Positions 30,689 through 40,963 of a stretch of DNA of 64,000 bases are shown here, in pieces (position 1 is the first letter of the stretch; each line of letters begins with the position of its first letter). This DNA comes from Chitinophaga pinensis (GTDB lineage Bacteria; Bacteroidota; Bacteroidia; NS11-12g; UBA955). The notes beneath the pieces were generated by a model, which saw only the letters and a list, made by a program, of their open reading frames with translations, ran no database searches and was not told the origin of the DNA. The DNA lies in NCBI GenBank assembly GCA_945890895.1, contig CAMDDG010000006.1:1601-65600 (forward strand), read 5' to 3'. The position numbers and the translations under genes are program-made.

Positions 30689-31322
30689 GCCCTTCGTTGT
30701 AGGGATGACCGGTTTATCCGGCGCAGGTAAAACCTTTTATGTAGACGCGCTGAAAGATAAATTTGGTAAAAATATTACCGTGGTAGGTTTTGATGATTAT
30801 TACAAACCACTGGAAATGCAGCATATTGATGAGTTTGGCGAGGCAAATTACGACTTACCCAGTGCATTATATTCAGATAAATTCTATCAAGATTTGATGC
30901 AACTTATCGAATATCACCCGGTTACATTGAAGAAATATCAATTTGAGCATTATGATGCACCAGAAGTAATCGAAACGCTGTCGCCAGCACCCATTTTATT
31001 GGTTGAAGGATTATTTGTTATGGAATTTCATCCGGTTGATGCTTTGTTGAATTATCGAGTATTTATTGACTGCGATACGGATCTGTGCTACCACCGGAGG
31101 CTCAAACGAGATATTGCAGAAAGAAATATTCCGGAGGCTCGTAGTGTGCATCAATGGGAACACCATGTAATGCCGGCATATAATCAATTTATTTTCCCTC
31201 ACAAAGAACGTTGTGATATAGTTATTTGGAATGAAGGAACGGCAGATCACAATATCGATGTAATTTCAAAGGCAATTATGGAACAAGCACATCCATCTGT
31301 GATTGAAGCGTTGTTGTCGTAA
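30678..31322 (+). CDS. udk: uridine kinase
   Basis: P-loop GLSGAGKT, DDYYK, NYDLP, VEGLF, RRLKRD. Confidence 0.82.
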   Translation: MKIEPFVVGMTGLSGAGKTFYVDALKDKFGKNITVVGFDDYYKPLEMQHIDEFGEANYDLPSALYSDKFYQDLMQLIEYHPVTLKKYQFEHYDAPEVIETLSPAPILLVEGLFVMEFHPVDALLNYRVFIDCDTDLCYHRRLKRDIAERNIPEARSVHQWEHHVMPAYNQFIFPHKERCDIVIWNEGTADHNIDVISKAIMEQAHPSVIEALLS

Positions 31323-31404
31323 AAAAATTGCCTCGGTAATCGAAGAGTTGTAATCGTAAAATAACTGCCCCGGTAATCGAAGTCAAGTTGTCGTTAAAAA
31401 AACT
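31313..31404. repeat. imperfect tandem repeat, about 2.5 copies of a ~34-40 bp unit, in the convergent udk / phosphoesterase gap
   Basis: AATTGCCTCGGTAATCGAAG (31326-31345) and AACTGCCCCGGTAATCGAAG (31363-31382); GTTGT..TCGT-AAAA recurs three times. Confidence 0.75.
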
Positions 31405-31909
31405 ACTCTAGTTCAATAAACTCGGAGGTTTGATATACGGTATCGTATATAGCAAACGAAGGATTATTCAGTACACCAGCAATTTCACCGGGATTCATAA
31501 AAAGTGCCTTGCCATATTTTTGCTTGTGTTGTTTGTGAGTGTGACCAAAGAACACAGCGTCGTACCAGCCAGTTTTTACCATGGTTTGGGCGTAGAAAGG
31601 GTAGTGAGTAACGCCGATTTTTACTCCATCTAACGTTAAAATATTATCCGTATCACCAATGTATTCTCCATACAATCGAATGTTGGGATAATTCTGAGCT
31701 TGGTTCAAAATATGAAACCGATCGCCATCATTGTTTCCAAAAACGGCGTGTATGGTTTTTCCAGATTCCCCTAAAACTTTAATAACAAAAGGAGAGCAAA
31801 AATCACCACAGAATACAATGGTATCAATTCCGCGTTCTGTAAGAATGTTCAAACATTGATTCAATCGATCTACTCGATCGTGTATGTCGCTAATTATTGC
31901 AAATTCCAT
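31403..31909 (-). CDS. YfcE-like metallophosphoesterase
   Basis: ISDIH, CGDF, GNND, VTHYP, FGHTH, NPG. Confidence 0.9.
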   Translation of the reverse strand: MEFAIISDIHDRVDRLNQCLNILTERGIDTIVFCGDFCSPFVIKVLGESGKTIHAVFGNNDGDRFHILNQAQNYPNIRLYGEYIGDTDNILTLDGVKIGVTHYPFYAQTMVKTGWYDAVFFGHTHKQHKQKYGKALFMNPGEIAGVLNNPSFAIYDTVYQTSEFIELE

Positions 31910-31989
31910 AAATGTTTAAGATGTATTAGTCGAAAATTATTCAACGAAATTACAAAAGGGTTGTAAATTTGCACCAATAATTTACAAAC

Positions 31990-32337
31990 ATGGCCATAAT
32001 TATAACCGAAGAGTGCATCAATTGTGGAGCTTGCGAGCCCGAATGTCCAAATAATGCCATTTATGAAGCAGGAGTAGAATGGGCCATAGCCGATGGCACA
32101 GAGGTAGAAGGAGAATATTTGATGTCGAGCGGTAAAACGGTAAGTGTAAATGAGAAGTTTCGAGCTATCAGCGATGAAGTTTATTTTATAGTTCCTGACA
32201 AATGCACCGAATGCATGGGCTTTCATGAAGAACCCCAATGTGCTGCTGTTTGCCCAGTTGATTGCTGTGTGCCAGATCCAGAGCATCGCGAATCCGAAGC
32301 GGTACTATTAGACCGAAAAGCGCGATTGCACGTATAG
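31990..32337 (+). CDS. 2[4Fe-4S] ferredoxin (YfhL-like)
   Basis: [12 protein letters not shown] and CTECMG...PQCAAVCP; -7 box TAAATTTG about 20 nt upstream. Confidence 0.93.
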   Translation: MAIIITEECINCGACEPECPNNAIYEAGVEWAIADGTEVEGEYLMSSGKTVSVNEKFRAISDEVYFIVPDKCTECMGFHEEPQCAAVCPVDCCVPDPEHRESEAVLLDRKARLHV

Positions 32338-32400
32338 AAATCCGTTTGGCTTATACGACCGCATTCTTCAACGCCATCATTTATTCATTATCTTTGAGCC

Positions 32401-33162
32401 ATGACGGTGAGAAAGATATGCTTAGTCAGTTGGGTCCCTCTTCGCAAAGAACCCAGTAGCGCATCGGAAATGGTTTCTTGCTTGCTTTTTGGGGAAACTT
32501 GTACTGTGGTTTCTCAAGAAGGGGAGTGGCTTTCTGTAATCTGTGAGCACGATCAGTACCCTGGATTCATTCCTGAGAAATACCTAGCAGATGAAACCCT
32601 AATCCTTCCAGAAAATCATGTAAAGTGGTTGAACTTTGGACCCGTAATAGCTCGTCCTGTTTTAACAGAAGAAGATTCCGAAAATTGGTTCGGATCTCTT
32701 ATTTTAAGTCCTGGAAGTTGGGTGTCGAGTTCTGGAGTTTTGGAAATTCAAGGAAACGAATACTATTTTCATGCCAACTCATCCCTTTTTGATTCTCGTA
32801 AATTCTTGAAACAATTTATCAATACACCCTATTTGTGGGGCGGTAGAAGTATTTTTGGAATGGATTGCAGTGGTTTAACACAATTGTATGCAGCAGCTCA
32901 AGGTATTCCGATCCCACGAGATGCATACCAACAAATAGAAATGGGACATTCCATCGATTTTTTGGACCGTCAAGAAGGGGATTTCGCTTTTTTTCAAAAT
33001 AAAACAGGGAAAATCACGCATGTGGGAATTGTATTAAACGGAGGACAAATAATTCACGCATCGAATCAGGTTCGGGTAGATAAACTGTCTAAAATTGGAA
33101 TCACTCACAGCAATACACAAGAATTAACGCACGAATTAGTCGAAATTCGTAGAATCTTATAA
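32401..33162 (+). CDS. SH3 + NlpC/P60 (C40) peptidase
   Basis: PLRKEPSSASEMVSCLLFGE; PYLWGG..GMDCSG, PRDAYQQ, HVGI, IIHAS. Confidence 0.9.
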   Translation: MTVRKICLVSWVPLRKEPSSASEMVSCLLFGETCTVVSQEGEWLSVICEHDQYPGFIPEKYLADETLILPENHVKWLNFGPVIARPVLTEEDSENWFGSLILSPGSWVSSSGVLEIQGNEYYFHANSSLFDSRKFLKQFINTPYLWGGRSIFGMDCSGLTQLYAAAQGIPIPRDAYQQIEMGHSIDFLDRQEGDFAFFQNKTGKITHVGIVLNGGQIIHASNQVRVDKLSKIGITHSNTQELTHELVEIRRIL

Positions 33163-33251
33163 ATAAATTTGAATCCATCCACCGAATTCCCAAGTGAGTA
33201 AAAAGGGTTTGAATTTAAATGTTTTAAACAATTGGTTAAATAGAAGTTAGA

Positions 33252-33698
33252 ATGAAATTACAAGAGTATATCAATGAAATGAAACCGGATTTTCATCGAT
33301 TGTATGGTGAAAAATACCAATTTCAAGTTGCACAATCGGAGGTACATATCGATTTGACCTTGAATGCTTGCATTCAATATGTTCAAAAATTGGCCATGTC
33401 GGGCAAACTGAAAGAAATCCAAGATATGGCAACTGGTGGGGCTGAGGCGCTTAAAAACAGCACCTATTATGCTGAACTGTTAGGCAATTGTGCCCAAAGC
33501 TATTATGGTTTGGATTGGGAAATTCAACGAAAAACAGCACTTGCTGAAGATATTTTGGTGTTTATTTTAGATGGATTAAAATACAAATTTATTCAAGGTG
33601 GGTATTCAATGGATCAAGCCGGCGTAATGAAATTTTTAGGTTTAGATTTAGGTATTTTAGGAAAAATGGGTGGAATGTTTGGTCGATTTTTTCGTTAA
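33252..33698 (+). CDS. hypothetical helical protein
   Basis: 148-aa ORF filling the gap; ends with Gly-rich amphipathic GILGKMGGMFGRFFR. Confidence 0.6.
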   Translation: MKLQEYINEMKPDFHRLYGEKYQFQVAQSEVHIDLTLNACIQYVQKLAMSGKLKEIQDMATGGAEALKNSTYYAELLGNCAQSYYGLDWEIQRKTALAEDILVFILDGLKYKFIQGGYSMDQAGVMKFLGLDLGILGKMGGMFGRFFR

Positions 33699-33808
33699 TG
33701 GTGTAATTAGCAAAAGAAAAATTTACTTTTAACTTTCTACTAAGTATTGAATCTTCAGTATTTTACAACTTCAAGATTAAAACGCCTCCAAGAAAATTAA
33801 ATGATCAA

Positions 33809-36508
33809 TTGAGCAATCAAAGTAAAACATATCAAATAGGGTTAATATTTTTTCTGTTCCTTTTCGGGGGATGGAATAGCGGAATTTCGCAGTTTTGGAG
33901 TCCTCAAAACATCCAAGATCGGTATAAAACCAGTATGATCATTCGCAATTACCGCGAATTAAAAATGGTTTCCTCCGAATTAAACCGCTTTATTCATATT
34001 GAGCGCTTACGAATTGATGGAGATGTGGATGTAAATACCGTTTCTCAGTTGGTTTCAAAAATGCCCTGGGTAGACGAATTGCAACTGATTCAATTTCAAG
34101 GTATTATTTCTGATGTGGACTTGAGAAATTTGGAATGGGTTCCTTCTATTTATTTGTATGTTCCCAAAGATCGAGAAGATGCACTGCTCTTGAACGACCA
34201 ATGGAAGAATATTGCCAATATCACGTTGCAATTCCAAGAGGTTCCTGAACAATGGGACTTTATGAAAGGGTGGAAAAATTGTCAGTCATTAACGGTTTTG
34301 GCAACTATGTCAAAATCCGATGCCGAAAATCTTTTGAAACAAGTTGTAGAATCGATCCCCAATATTAAACGTTTAGGACTGTCATTGGCTTCGGTTAAAC
34401 ACATTCCAACTTCCATTAAAAAATTGAATTCGTTAAAAGAAATAACCATTATTAATGCTGCCGATGTAGAAATAAAAAATCCTGATGCTCAAGGTACCCA
34501 AATGAATAATTCGGATGTGTTAATGGGATTGGTGTATTCGGATTTAGGTAGGGAAACCATTCCGGTTGAAATTCGCGCAAAAAATGTGGCCGTTTCTCGT
34601 GGTGATACTCGAACCGGAGATCAATTAGTTGAGGAAGTTCATATTCCCATCTTTGTTCCATTTCATTATGTTGCTGCCGATCCAAAATTATTGTCTTCGG
34701 ATTTGAAATATATTTATGAATTGTTTCCAAATTCGCCAAAGGACCCCAATTTCAGTTGGACTACAGAAGAAAATACAACCATTGATTTTGTTGAATTCAC
34801 CGAGTTGAAACGGGAGAAATTATCCGCCAAATACGGAATTCAGAAGCAGGCATTTGTAAATGACTATAACGACGGCATTTACGAATATGAAGGAAATGCC
34901 AATAATGATGAGACCTTTTATGGGGAAGGGAAATGGGCGGTTTTAGTTCCGAAAAATGCATTAATTCCTAAATTATCATTGAAGAATATTGAAAAGAAAT
35001 TCGCAACGGAAAACGCCAACAGTTCAAGTAAAAATGCATCAATTGCAATGGCTGCATGGCAGCAAGACTATCGGTTAATTGTAAAAGCGAGTCAATCTGC
35101 AGAGCGCAATGCTGCGTTAGGCAGAAGTTTTCAATATGATTCGTCCGGCAAAGTGTATTTATTGGATGCCGGAGTTTGGTTTGAAATCTCAGCCACATCT
35201 TTGGATGGTGATATAGACTTGGAAGTTCGTCCGGGTTATTTTTTGCAAATCAATTATCAGGCATCCGTGCGCGACTCCAGTCGATTCTACGCCTATAACA
35301 TCCCCCGAAAAAAATGGGTAAATTATTATGACTACGATTATGATTTCGACGATGAGTTCGTGGCAAAAATTGATTTTTATCAATTTAATCAAGGTGCAAA
35401 TTCTGCGAAGAAACATTCGGAAAACGATGTATTAAATCTGGATGAGATTTTTGAATCTGCTGGATATCATTATTTATTATCACCGACGGAATTAAAGGCC
35501 CAATTGATACCGGTAAAGGGAAATTATATTCAAAAAAGTTCAACGCCACCATCCAGTGGAACCAGTTTTCCTCTATTTCGCGGACGATCTAATGTGCGAG
35601 TTCGTGTTCTGGGTGCATTGAAAATACCAGACGTAGTTGGAATCGAAATATCAGATGTGTCTATGGGGAAATTGTTCCCAGAATTAGGATCATTCGAAGG
35701 ATTTGTATTCTATATTCAGACTAAAGCATCGCGAAAATACGTCGTAGATTTTTTCAAATCCCAAAGAATTGTCGATGTACGGATAAAAAAATACGGTGAT
35801 CATCCGCAATTGGAATTCAAAACCGATCAGTGGATTCTAGAACTGTCTTGTATGGGCTATAAAAATCTATCTGCCTATGGTGTAGCGAGTTCAGAACAAA
35901 TAGCATTGCAAAAAAAATGGGACCAAAAGTTCATGCAGTATCAAAATCGTCGAAATTTAAAGAATCAATATTGGCTTAATTGGAGAAAGAATCAAGAGAG
36001 TTTAGCTATGCAAAAAACGGCTGAAACGGTTTTTGGTACCTCAAAACTGCTTGCTGGGAATAAACGAGGTTCAATGAAAGTTCGAAGTATGGGGGAGTTT
36101 GTAATTGCAAGACCCAGTGCCCTAATTTCCACTCATTATTTAGAAATTGTATTTTGCGACGCCGGGAAAATACCTTTAAAATGTACGGACGTTTTGGTTG
36201 TATTGGAGCAGCCACAATCTGCATTAAAATTAGAAAATCCCAATAAAAATGCAACATCAGCTACTGATGCACCGCGATATAAATTGAATATAAATCCGAA
36301 GCAAATTTCCACCATTTTGGTTAAAACCCAACAGGGACAAGTGTACTACATGACTGGAGATGCGTTTAGAAAATTGAATTTAATGGATAATTCGATTTCT
36401 TATGTTTCTTTGCAACCGCTGCCAGATAAAGTGTATAATTCGGAAATTTTATCCGATCAGTTGGGGATTAAAACAAAGAAGCAAAAAACAGTTCCTAAAG
36501 CTCCATAG
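33809..36508 (+). CDS. large exported hypothetical protein, N-terminal LRR-like region
   Basis: 899-aa ORF, signal peptide, LRR-like IKRLGLSLASVKHIPTSIKKLNSLKEITI. Confidence 0.6.
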   Translation: MSNQSKTYQIGLIFFLFLFGGWNSGISQFWSPQNIQDRYKTSMIIRNYRELKMVSSELNRFIHIERLRIDGDVDVNTVSQLVSKMPWVDELQLIQFQGIISDVDLRNLEWVPSIYLYVPKDREDALLLNDQWKNIANITLQFQEVPEQWDFMKGWKNCQSLTVLATMSKSDAENLLKQVVESIPNIKRLGLSLASVKHIPTSIKKLNSLKEITIINAADVEIKNPDAQGTQMNNSDVLMGLVYSDLGRETIPVEIRAKNVAVSRGDTRTGDQLVEEVHIPIFVPFHYVAADPKLLSSDLKYIYELFPNSPKDPNFSWTTEENTTIDFVEFTELKREKLSAKYGIQKQAFVNDYNDGIYEYEGNANNDETFYGEGKWAVLVPKNALIPKLSLKNIEKKFATENANSSSKNASIAMAAWQQDYRLIVKASQSAERNAALGRSFQYDSSGKVYLLDAGVWFEISATSLDGDIDLEVRPGYFLQINYQASVRDSSRFYAYNIPRKKWVNYYDYDYDFDDEFVAKIDFYQFNQGANSAKKHSENDVLNLDEIFESAGYHYLLSPTELKAQLIPVKGNYIQKSSTPPSSGTSFPLFRGRSNVRVRVLGALKIPDVVGIEISDVSMGKLFPELGSFEGFVFYIQTKASRKYVVDFFKSQRIVDVRIKKYGDHPQLEFKTDQWILELSCMGYKNLSAYGVASSEQIALQKKWDQKFMQYQNRRNLKNQYWLNWRKNQESLAMQKTAETVFGTSKLLAGNKRGSMKVRSMGEFVIARPSALISTHYLEIVFCDAGKIPLKCTDVLVVLEQPQSALKLENPNKNATSATDAPRYKLNINPKQISTILVKTQQGQVYYMTGDAFRKLNLMDNSISYVSLQPLPDKVYNSEILSDQLGIKTKKQKTVPKAP

Positions 36509-36608
36509 AATTTCTCATTTTCAATAAAATCTGCTGAAACCATTATTTTCCTGATCCAGTTTTATTTTAAAAACACCACCAATTTCAATTAAATATCATT
36601 AAAATTTC

Positions 36609-38108
36609 ATGAATCCAACCGTTATATTAATAGGGCTTGTTTCGTATTTTCTTGTTCTCCTGCTCATAGGGTTTATTACCGGTCGAAAAGCCAATGAAGA
36701 TTCCTATTTCTTGGGAAATAAACAAAGTATTTGGTGGATGGTAGCCTTAGGAATGTTGTCTGATTCCATGAGTGGTGTCAGTTTTATCAGCGTTCCAGGT
36801 GCCGTATACAACGATCAATTCAATTATTTACAAGTCGTTATGGGGTACGTGTTGGGATACCTGGTTATTGCGTATTTCTTGCTACCGTTGTATTACAAGG
36901 CCAATGTTACCAGTATTTATGAGTATTTAGAACAACGTTTTGGAGGAGTTTCTCAAAAAACAGGAGCATTTTTCTTTGTGATTTCTCGATTGTTGGGTGC
37001 CGGTGGAAGGTTGTTTTTGACCGCTCTGGTATTTCAACAATTTCTTTTTCAGCCACTTGGAATGCCTTTTGAAGTAACAGTAGCCGTAATTATATTGCTG
37101 ATATTGACTTACACCGTTAAAGGAGGTATTCGAACCCTGGTATTTACCGATGCTCTTCAGAGTGTTTTTTTGATCGGGGGATTGGTGGTCTGCATCGTGT
37201 CTATGGTGAGGTCTCCTGAGTTATCTCAAATTAATGCGCTGGAAATTTTTACCATGAAGTCTGACTTCACGAGCATATTTAATTGGGATGTAAATAGCAA
37301 TAAATATTTCTGGAAGCATTTAATCGGAGGGATGTTTATTACCATCGCAATGACTGGATTGGACCAAAATATGATGCAAAAGAATTTAAGTTGTAAATCA
37401 CTGTCGGATGCTCAAAAAAACATGTTGGTTACAGCAGTTGTAGTGTTCTTCGTTAATGTATTGTTCTTGTCGCTGGGAGTATTTATGATTGAATTTCTGA
37501 AAAATTCGGGTGGTATTATTGTTGATCCGTTAACTGGAAAGCCAAGTACAGATTTGTTTTTTCCAACCATTGCATTACAAAAGTTGGGACTTTTTGCAGG
37601 TTTGGCGTTTGTTTTGGGATTATCGGCCGCTACTTTCTCAAGTGCGGACAGTGTTCTCACTACATTAACTACAAGTACGTATGTAGATATTTTTTCTGTA
37701 CCAAAGAGAAATTGGAATATTCAACTTAAACACAAGTACCGAGTAGTGCTCCATCTAACGTACTCGGTTTTGTTGTATTTGTGTATTTTGGGTTTCCATA
37801 AATATTCGGATGGTGCGGTAATTAATGTGGTTTTAGGTTTAGCAAACTACACATATGGACCGTTACTTGGTTTATTTGCATTGGGGATGTTTACTCAGGT
37901 TAAACCAAGTAATATGGCGGTGATTGTGGTTAGTATAGTGGTGCCAACTATATGCTGGTATTTCGGAAAGAATGTATTTATATCTGAATTACTAGGATGG
38001 AAACCCTTGAATTGGAAATATCAATTCGGATTTGAACTTTTGCTTTTAAATGGATTGGGTTCGTTTATAGGGTATTATGTATGGGCTAAATTTAAACCCG
38101 CAAACTGA
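36609..38108 (+). CDS. sodium:solute symporter (SSS family)
   Basis: SFISVPG, SIYEYLEQRFG, GGIRTLVFTDALQ, GLDQNMMQKNL, YTYGPLLGLF; many TM segments. Confidence 0.92.
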   Translation: MNPTVILIGLVSYFLVLLLIGFITGRKANEDSYFLGNKQSIWWMVALGMLSDSMSGVSFISVPGAVYNDQFNYLQVVMGYVLGYLVIAYFLLPLYYKANVTSIYEYLEQRFGGVSQKTGAFFFVISRLLGAGGRLFLTALVFQQFLFQPLGMPFEVTVAVIILLILTYTVKGGIRTLVFTDALQSVFLIGGLVVCIVSMVRSPELSQINALEIFTMKSDFTSIFNWDVNSNKYFWKHLIGGMFITIAMTGLDQNMMQKNLSCKSLSDAQKNMLVTAVVVFFVNVLFLSLGVFMIEFLKNSGGIIVDPLTGKPSTDLFFPTIALQKLGLFAGLAFVLGLSAATFSSADSVLTTLTTSTYVDIFSVPKRNWNIQLKHKYRVVLHLTYSVLLYLCILGFHKYSDGAVINVVLGLANYTYGPLLGLFALGMFTQVKPSNMAVIVVSIVVPTICWYFGKNVFISELLGWKPLNWKYQFGFELLLLNGLGSFIGYYVWAKFKPAN

Positions 38109-38123
38109 ATTTTAAATTGGTTT

Positions 38124-38165
38124 ACATAAGAAGGGCCAGCTCAATCGAGCTGGCCCTTCTTATGT
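38124..38165. terminator. perfect 19-bp stem hairpin, probable bidirectional terminator
   Basis: ACATAAGAAGGGCCAGCTC-AATC-GAGCTGGCCCTTCTTATGT between convergent SSS and speA genes. Confidence 0.85.
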
Positions 38166-38396
38166 GATATTATTTTGCTTTCTATTGAATTTTTAAAAAT
38201 TCCATTACGTTTTCCCGTTTTTAACATTGCAATTGTGTTTAGAATTCTATTGTATCAAAAAGTTAAATTCGAAAAATGGAGTTATTTTTCTTTACAAGTA
38301 TCAATTGATTTGTATCCAAAGTCGAGGAAATTTTAATATTTGAACACCTTAATAACGAAAAACAGGACAAATAATCTCGTTAAATTGAATTTTTAT

Positions 38397-39794
38397 TTAG
38401 AAATAACCTAGGGTTTTTAACATGCTTTTATACGACTGCTCTTTGGAGAACAACTTGAAATAATAATCACCGTTCTCATCTAAGTCAATAATTACGTGTT
38501 TTGGAGCAGGAGTTAAACAGTGTTGAATACCACCATACCCGCCAATACTTTCTTGATATGCACCGGTATGAAAGAATCCTATATATAATGGTTCGTCTTT
38601 TTTATATTCTGGTAAGTAAATGGCATTAACGTGTTGTTCTGAGTTATAGTAATCATCGCTATCGCAAGTAATACCTCCCAATAACACCCGTTCATATTCC
38701 TCGTGCCAACGATTTACTGGCAGCATTATAAACTTTTTATTTATGGCCCATGCATCAGGTAACTGTGTCATGAATGACGAATCAATCATATTCCACTTTT
38801 CTCGATCGTTCTGTGCCTTTTGATCCAAAACTGAAAAGATAGCACCACCTGCTTCCCCTACAGTATATGAACCAAATTCCGTGAAAATATCAGGATCAGG
38901 TACTCCATGCTCTTCGCAAACCTGTTTGATCTGACTCACGATTTCATTGGCCATGTATTCATAGTCGTAACTAAAACTTAAACTATTTTTAATAGGAAAT
39001 CCACCACCAATATTTAATGTGTCTAAGTCGGGACATTCTTTCTTTAACTCACAATAAACTCTTAAACACTTATGCAGTTCATTCCAGTAATAAGCAGTAT
39101 CGTAGATACCAGTATTGATAAAGAAGTGAAGCATCTTTAGTTTTACTTGCTTGTTGTTCTTGATTGAAGAACGATAAAATGGCAGAATATCCTTATATCC
39201 AATTCCTAAACGACTGGTATAAAATTCAAATTTAGGTTCTTCTTCCGCTGCAATACGTATACCACAAGTAATAGGTTCTTGTGTGAATTGAGTTAATTGA
39301 TGTATTTCACGTTGATTATCAAATACAGGAATAACATTTTTCCAACCATTATTTATTAGCCCTGCAATGTTTTCAATGTAATTCTCTTTTTTGAATCCAT
39401 TACATACAACGTAGCGTTCTTTGTTTAACTTACCTTGCTCTTCTAAGGTTTCAATGATATTGATATCGAAGGCCGATGATGTTTCAATATGCACATCGTT
39501 TTTAAGTACTTCGTCTAAAGTGTGTTGAAAATGATTGCTTTTAGTGCAATAACAATAGTAGTATTTGCCGTTGTAATCGGCTTTTGCAATTGCCACATTA
39601 AACAAAGACCGCGCTTTCTTTATATTCTCACTTATTTTAGGTAGGTATGTGAATTTTAAGGGTGTTCCATACTGTTTAATCATTTCCATCAGAGGAATAT
39701 TGTGAAAGTATAGATTGCCATCATCGTCCAAATCAAACTCGTGAATTGGGAAATCAAAAGTCTGTTGAATTAGGTCCTTGTATTTGTTTTTCAT
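38397..39794 (-). CDS. speA: arginine decarboxylase (short Bacteroidota type)
   Basis: YCTKS PLP lysine, CNGFK, LNIGGG, TEFG, GGITCDSDDYY, GAYQE. Confidence 0.88.
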   Translation of the reverse strand: MKNKYKDLIQQTFDFPIHEFDLDDDGNLYFHNIPLMEMIKQYGTPLKFTYLPKISENIKKARSLFNVAIAKADYNGKYYYCYCTKSNHFQHTLDEVLKNDVHIETSSAFDINIIETLEEQGKLNKERYVVCNGFKKENYIENIAGLINNGWKNVIPVFDNQREIHQLTQFTQEPITCGIRIAAEEEPKFEFYTSRLGIGYKDILPFYRSSIKNNKQVKLKMLHFFINTGIYDTAYYWNELHKCLRVYCELKKECPDLDTLNIGGGFPIKNSLSFSYDYEYMANEIVSQIKQVCEEHGVPDPDIFTEFGSYTVGEAGGAIFSVLDQKAQNDREKWNMIDSSFMTQLPDAWAINKKFIMLPVNRWHEEYERVLLGGITCDSDDYYNSEQHVNAIYLPEYKKDEPLYIGFFHTGAYQESIGGYGGIQHCLTPAPKHVIIDLDENGDYYFKLFSKEQSYKSMLKTLGYF

Positions 39795-39984
39795 TAATGT
39801 AAGTGAGTTGGATTGTAAATTTTTTACAAATGTAAGTCAATTGGATTTTATTTTCGTTACAAAAAATACCTATTTACAGAAAATAATTGCAGATTATCCA
39901 ACTATCCCCCAAAAAATTAAACATTTCCCTTAAGAATTGAATGAATTCAGTTAATTTCGCACTACGAAAAACCAACACATTTAT

Positions 39985-40908
39985 ATGAGTAAAATTAGCG
40001 TTATTGGAGCAGGTAATGTAGGTGCAAGTTGTGCCGAATACATTGCTATGAAAAACTTTGCAGCGGAAGTAGTTTTGTTAGATATCAAAGAAAACTTCGC
40101 TGAAGGTAAAGCATTGGACTTAATGCAAACAGCGGCATTGAATGGATTTGATACCCGAATTTCTGGAAGTACCAATGATTACTCCAAAACTGCCGGCAGT
40201 GATGTGGTTGTTATTACCAGTGGTGTTCCGCGTAAACCAGGTATGACTCGTGAAGAGTTAATCGGAATTAATGCAGGTATCGTAAAGAATGTTATGGAAA
40301 ATTGCTTAGCTCATTCTCCAAACGCGGTATTTGTTATTGTTTCAAATCCGATGGATACTATGACGTATTTGGCAAAAACGACTTCGGGTTTACCAAAGAA
40401 CCGTATTATTGGAATGGGCGGAGCTTTGGATAGCGCGCGTTTTAAATATTATTTGTCAACTGCGTTGGGTTGCCCAGCATCGGATGTAGATGGTATGGTT
40501 ATTGGTGGTCACGGTGATACAACCATGATTCCTTTAACTCGTTTGGCATCTTATAAAGGAGTTCCTGTTTCTCAAATGCTTTCTGAAGAACAATTGGGCA
40601 AAATCAAAGCAGATACTATGGTGGGTGGTGCAACCTTGACCGGAATGTTAGGTACTTCTGCTTGGTATGCTCCAGGTGCTGCGGTATCCACTTTGGTTCA
40701 ATCTATTGTTTGTGATCAAAAGAAAATGATGCCTTGCTGCGTTTCTTTGGAAGGTGAATACGGACAAAATGATATTTGCATCGGTGTTCCCGTAATTCTG
40801 GGTAAAAACGGATGGGAAAAAATCGTTGAGTTGGAATTAAACAGCGAAGAAAAAGCGGAATTTGAAAAATCCGCAGCAGCAGTGCGTAATATGAATGCTG
40901 CACTTTAA
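39985..40908 (+). CDS. mdh: malate dehydrogenase (LDH-like)
   Basis: GAGNVG, PRKPGMTREEL, VSNPMD, LDSARF, IGGHGD. Confidence 0.96.
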   Translation: MSKISVIGAGNVGASCAEYIAMKNFAAEVVLLDIKENFAEGKALDLMQTAALNGFDTRISGSTNDYSKTAGSDVVVITSGVPRKPGMTREELIGINAGIVKNVMENCLAHSPNAVFVIVSNPMDTMTYLAKTTSGLPKNRIIGMGGALDSARFKYYLSTALGCPASDVDGMVIGGHGDTTMIPLTRLASYKGVPVSQMLSEEQLGKIKADTMVGGATLTGMLGTSAWYAPGAAVSTLVQSIVCDQKKMMPCCVSLEGEYGQNDICIGVPVILGKNGWEKIVELELNSEEKAEFEKSAAAVRNMNAAL

Positions 40909-40963
40909 TCTGCAACTTCATTTTTATCAAATTTAATCGTATTTAACACTGAGCCAAAATACA

